Assembly (NCBI GenBank): GCA_964370855.1
Contig: CAYJMF010000001.1
Span: forward strand, 71,905 to 131,166
Length of the DNA: 59,262 nucleotides
Origin: an uncultured Planctomycetota bacterium
GTDB taxonomy: Bacteria; Planctomycetota; JAJSAM01; JAKLKS01
Direction: 5' to 3'
In this document: piece after piece, positions 55,725 to 59,262 of the stretch
Numbering within the stretch: position 1 is the stretch's first letter
Layout: each line of letters starts with the position of its first letter
Notes under the pieces: model-generated
Seen by the model: only the letters and a program-made list of their open reading frames with translations
Database searches by the model: none
Told to the model about the DNA's origin: nothing
Program-made: the position numbers and the translations under genes

Positions 55725-58331
55725 ATGGGCGAGCCCATGGACTCCCCGGCCCCTTCCGTTCCCCTGGAGCAGCTCCTCGCGCACCGCGCCTGGGTGCGGC
55801 GGGTGGCGCTCTCCCTCGCGCGGGACGGGCACGAGGCCGACGACCTCGAGCAGGGCATGTGGGTCGAGGCCCTGGAGCGGCCGCCCCGGTCGGGACGCTC
55901 GCTGCGCGGCTGGCTCGCGAGGACCCTCCGCAACGACCTCCTCGACGGGCGCCGCGCCGAGGAGAGCCGGCGCCGGCGCGAGGAGGGGCGGGCCCGGGGG
56001 GAGGCTGTTCCCGCGGCGGAGGAGATGGTCGCCCGCGCCGAGGCCCACCGCCGCGTCGTCGAGGCGGTCATGGCCCTGCCGGAGCCCTACCGGTCCACGG
56101 TGCTGTGGCGGTTCTTCGAGGACGTGAACCCCGCCGTCCTCGCGCGCCGGCTCGGGATCCCGGTGGAGACCGTGCGCACGCGCCTCAAGCGGGCGCTGTC
56201 GATGCTGCGGGAGCGGCTCGGCGGGGGGGAGGGGCGGAAATCAGACGGCGGCCGGTGGCTCGCGCTCCTCCTCGCGCCCGCGCCCGCGTCGGAGACCTGC
56301 CCCCCGCCGTCCCCGGCCGCTCTCCCGCCGTCACCCCTCCCTTCCCCCCTGCTCCTCGGAGGTGCGCTCATGGCCCAGAAGGGGATCGCCGCCGCGGCCG
56401 TGCTGCTGATCCTCGCGGGAACCTGGTGGGTGATGGACGGTGGCGACCCTCCGCCTGCTCCTCCCGCGGGAGTCCCGATGGCGGCAGCACCCCGCCCCGC
56501 CGTCGTCACCGAACCCGACCCGGCACCACCTGCCGTTCCTGCGACCCGGGAGGATCCTCCCTCCCCTCCTCCTCCGCTACCCCTTCCCCCTCCGGGGGAA
56601 GGGCCCGCCGACACCGACCGCGTCACGGGCCGCGTCCTCGCGGAAGACGGCACCCCCATCGGCGGCGCGACGGTGTTCTGCCTCGGGACACGGGTCGTGG
56701 ACATGATCCTCCCCACCGGGGAGCGGGTCCCGACCCCGGAGCGGGACGAGGCCTCCGCGACGACGGCCGCCGACGGCTCCTTCTTTCTCGATGGGGTCCG
56801 GCGCGACGTCTCCCACACGATCGGTGCGTCGGCGCCTCTGTACGGCCGGGTCCTCCTCGACTTCGACCCCGCCCCCGGCGCGCCGGGCCTCGTGGACCTC
56901 GGCGAGATCCGCCTCCCCTTCGGGCGCGCCCTCGAGGGGATCGCCCTGGACGGGAACGGGGAAGGGATCCCCGGCGCGCGGGTCCGGGCGCGCAACACCG
57001 CCGGGGAGCGCGGCCGCCTCCGCCCGGGGAGGCCGACGGTGTCCAACGCCACCTCCTTCCTCACCGAGGAGGCCCCCACAGATGGGAACGGGCGGTTCCG
57101 CTTCGAGGGGCTCGCCCCCGGCGACTACGAACTCCGGCTCGAGGGGAACGGGATCCCGCCGGTGGAGGAGCGGGTCACCGTCCCCCGGAACCGGGACCTC
57201 GCGGGGGTGCGGCTCCGGGTGGCGGAGGGGGCGTCCCTCACCTTTCTTCTCGTGGACGAACACGGGGTGCCGGTGGCCGGGGAGCAGGTCCGGGTGTGGG
57301 GCAAGGGGGCCCCCCGCGACGGGAGCGGAATGGCGTTCTCCGACGGGGAGGGAAGGGCGATCCTCCGGGGACTCCCGAGGACGGACCTGACCTTCCAGGT
57401 CGCGCGGCGGGTGTTGCCGGATCGGGATCCCCCCTACGCGCCGGAGGAGTGCGGGCCCCTCGTCCCCGCGGGGCAGGAGGTGCGGGTCGTCCTCCATCCC
57501 TTCGCCTCCATCACGGGAACCGTCGTGGACGGGAAGGGGACGCCGCTCCACCACATGCAGGTGGGGGTCTACGAGGGGGGGCGGTGGCTCAACAGCCTCT
57601 CCGCCTTCTCCGACGAGCGCGGCAACTTCCGCGTGGACTTCGCCGCGGGGAGGCCGGTGGAACTCCGGGTGGAGCGGTTCCAGGGAGAGGGGAAGAGGGG
57701 GGCCTACGGGGAGCCCGTGAAGCGGTACCGCGGGACCATGGGGCCGCTGGAGGCTCCGGCGGACGGCGTGGTCCTCCGGTGCGCCGAGGCGGCGGCGGAC
57801 CGATCGCTGAAGGTGCTCGTCCTCGACGTGGAGGGTCACGCGCTTCCCGGCGTCCTCATCAACCACATGGACGAGCTCGGCTGGCGGTGCGAGGAGACCG
57901 ACGATCGCGGCCTCGCGCGGTTCGAGGGGATGGTCGCCGAGCCGGCCTGGCTGTCCTTCCGCGCCCCCGGTCCGGCGGCGCTGCCCGAGGGGGTGCTGTG
58001 GCCGGCGCCCGTGGAGGTGGTCCCCGCGGGGCAGGTGGTGCGAATGGCCTGCCGGCGCGGAGTCCCCCTCGAGGGCGCGGTCCGCGACGTGGAGAGAGGC
58101 CTGCTGGCGGGGGCGAAGGTGTTCATGACGGGTCCCGTCCACGACGTAGAGCCGTACCGGACGGTGACCGACGCGGAAGGGCGGTTCCGCGTGTACACGG
58201 CACCGGGCACCCTCGTCGAGGAGCTGCGGGTCCTCTGGACGGGACCGGCGGGCGAGCGGTTCGAGGCGCGGCGAAGGAACGTCCCCGCGGGCGCGGAGCC
58301 CCTGGAGATCGTCGCACGGCCGGGTTCCTGA
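55725..58331 (+). CDS. ECF sigma-70 factor fused via a TM helix to carboxypeptidase-regulatory-like repeats (868 aa)
   Basis: EADDLEQGMWV...RGWLARTLRN; LPEPYRSTVLWRFFE...GIPVETVRTRLKRAL; TM IAAAAVLLILAGTWWV; Pro-rich linker; repeat modules. Confidence 0.88.
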   Translation: MGEPMDSPAPSVPLEQLLAHRAWVRRVALSLARDGHEADDLEQGMWVEALERPPRSGRSLRGWLARTLRNDLLDGRRAEESRRRREEGRARGEAVPAAEEMVARAEAHRRVVEAVMALPEPYRSTVLWRFFEDVNPAVLARRLGIPVETVRTRLKRALSMLRERLGGGEGRKSDGGRWLALLLAPAPASETCPPPSPAALPPSPLPSPLLLGGALMAQKGIAAAAVLLILAGTWWVMDGGDPPPAPPAGVPMAAAPRPAVVTEPDPAPPAVPATREDPPSPPPPLPLPPPGEGPADTDRVTGRVLAEDGTPIGGATVFCLGTRVVDMILPTGERVPTPERDEASATTAADGSFFLDGVRRDVSHTIGASAPLYGRVLLDFDPAPGAPGLVDLGEIRLPFGRALEGIALDGNGEGIPGARVRARNTAGERGRLRPGRPTVSNATSFLTEEAPTDGNGRFRFEGLAPGDYELRLEGNGIPPVEERVTVPRNRDLAGVRLRVAEGASLTFLLVDEHGVPVAGEQVRVWGKGAPRDGSGMAFSDGEGRAILRGLPRTDLTFQVARRVLPDRDPPYAPEECGPLVPAGQEVRVVLHPFASITGTVVDGKGTPLHHMQVGVYEGGRWLNSLSAFSDERGNFRVDFAAGRPVELRVERFQGEGKRGAYGEPVKRYRGTMGPLEAPADGVVLRCAEAAADRSLKVLVLDVEGHALPGVLINHMDELGWRCEETDDRGLARFEGMVAEPAWLSFRAPGPAALPEGVLWPAPVEVVPAGQVVRMACRRGVPLEGAVRDVERGLLAGAKVFMTGPVHDVEPYRTVTDAEGRFRVYTAPGTLVEELRVLWTGPAGERFEARRRNVPAGAEPLEIVARPGS

Positions 58332-58543
58332 GAGGTTGCGTCCAGGCAGGAAACCTCGCGACGATCCCGCCGTCACCCCTCCGTCCTGCGGCGTCGGGGC
58401 GAGTCCATCCGCCGTTACACGACGGTAACGGGCACGGTCCTTCGACACCGCGGCGCGACAGGTGGAACCCCCACCCGAGGACGGCTCGACCACGAACACC
58501 ATCGGATCGGATCTTGCGAGGCTCGATCCGAAGGAGGTGGCCC

Positions 58544-59262
58544 CTGCACCCGTCCCCGACGAGCGTCCTTCGCTTCGGCGGTCTCGTCCTCGCCCTCCTC
58601 CTCCTCCCCCTGCCGCCATCCGCCCCGGCGGGCGACGACCCCGTTCCCGAGGGGGCGGTCCTCTCCGTCTCCACGGAGAAGCCGGACTACCTCCTCGGCG
58701 AGCGGGTCGTGCTCCGCCTGAAGCTCACCAACAACGGTTCCCGCCCCTTCTCCATCGACCCGATGGTCTGGCAGCGGTTCGCGGTCCGCGACGAGTTCGT
58801 GAAGGTCGCGATGGTGGATGCGGAGGGCCGTGCCGCGTGGGACCCGTTCCCCGAACCGATGGGCGGCGGCGGCCCGTCGCCGCCGGCGTTCACCCTCGCC
58901 CCCGGGCAATCCTGGGAGGAGGACCTGGATCTCTGGCGCTACCGCATTCCGGACCGGGCGGGGACGTGGACCCTTCACGTCTCCCGGTACTTCTCCTGGG
59001 ACGGGACCCCGGAGCGGCCCAATCCCTCCGCCTCCGCGACGCTGCGGTTCCGCGAACCGACGACGGAGGAGGCGAAGGGAGTCCTGGACGGCCTCCAGGC
59101 CCTCGACTCCCGCTCCCGCTTCTACTCCGCCGCCCACCCGGTCTATGTCCCCCTCCTCGAGGAGCGGGCCGCCGCGGGACTCGATGGCGCCGTCGAGGGC
59201 CTCTCCCTCTGCCGCGATCCCGCCGCCGTCCGCGCCCTGCTCCGCCTCTTCGCGTCGAAGGA
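58544..59262 (+). CDS. Exported hypothetical protein, Ig-like then HEAT-like (partial; non-ATG start)
   Basis: Not in the ORF track because it runs off the end. Hand translation: LHPSPTSVLRFGGLVLALLLLPLPPSAPAGDDPVPEGAVLSVSTEKPDYLLGERVVLRLKLTNNG...TLAPGQSWEE...; start CTG 58544 after GGAGGT, or TTG 58514. Confidence 0.72.
   Translation, partial: MHPSPTSVLRFGGLVLALLLLPLPPSAPAGDDPVPEGAVLSVSTEKPDYLLGERVVLRLKLTNNGSRPFSIDPMVWQRFAVRDEFVKVAMVDAEGRAAWDPFPEPMGGGGPSPPAFTLAPGQSWEEDLDLWRYRIPDRAGTWTLHVSRYFSWDGTPERPNPSASATLRFREPTTEEAKGVLDGLQALDSRSRFYSAAHPVYVPLLEERAAAGLDGAVEGLSLCRDPAAVRALLRLFASK

Noticed and set aside
1097..59137. Many long overlapping ORFs in the track (e.g. 1097..3742, 6991..9906, 25483..28557, 30700..33060, 42436..45162, 52966..55116, 56577..58619)
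   Set aside because: Arg/Pro/Gly-rich shadow or antisense frames expected in very GC-rich DNA; they have no motifs and overlap better-supported genes.

Overview
A very GC-rich bacterial window. The gene content suggests Planctomycetota, but that is inference. About 27 kb is nine genes for exported or membrane-anchored proteins built from carboxypeptidase-regulatory-like (Cna-B-type) beta-sandwich repeats. Three of these are N-terminally fused to an ECF sigma factor through a transmembrane helix. All three fusions carry an in-frame Shine-Dalgarno plus ATG exactly at the sigma/TM junction, so each gene may also make a sigma-less isoform; this is the best candidate for an undescribed system. The left 23.4 kb holds lower-GC defence cargo: a TerB-like/BRCT protein, an AbiGi-like/DUF4427 protein, a complete qatABCD operon, a RelE-like ORF and a colicin-E3-immunity-like ORF. 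It ends at a 3'-half tRNA-Gly(CCC) att site. The right part holds a ptxABCD phosphite oxidation operon with a PHO-box-like promoter, a WD40 protein, a C-type lectin/FN3 protein and a kaiC-kaiB-kaiB-HK-HK-receiver operon. Two exported-protein genes share a conserved ~50-nt 5' element with non-ATG starts, and two genes are broken by a single in-frame stop. I saw no CRISPR array, rRNA, intact tRNA, integrase or intact transposase. All family calls come from motif recognition by eye, not database searches.
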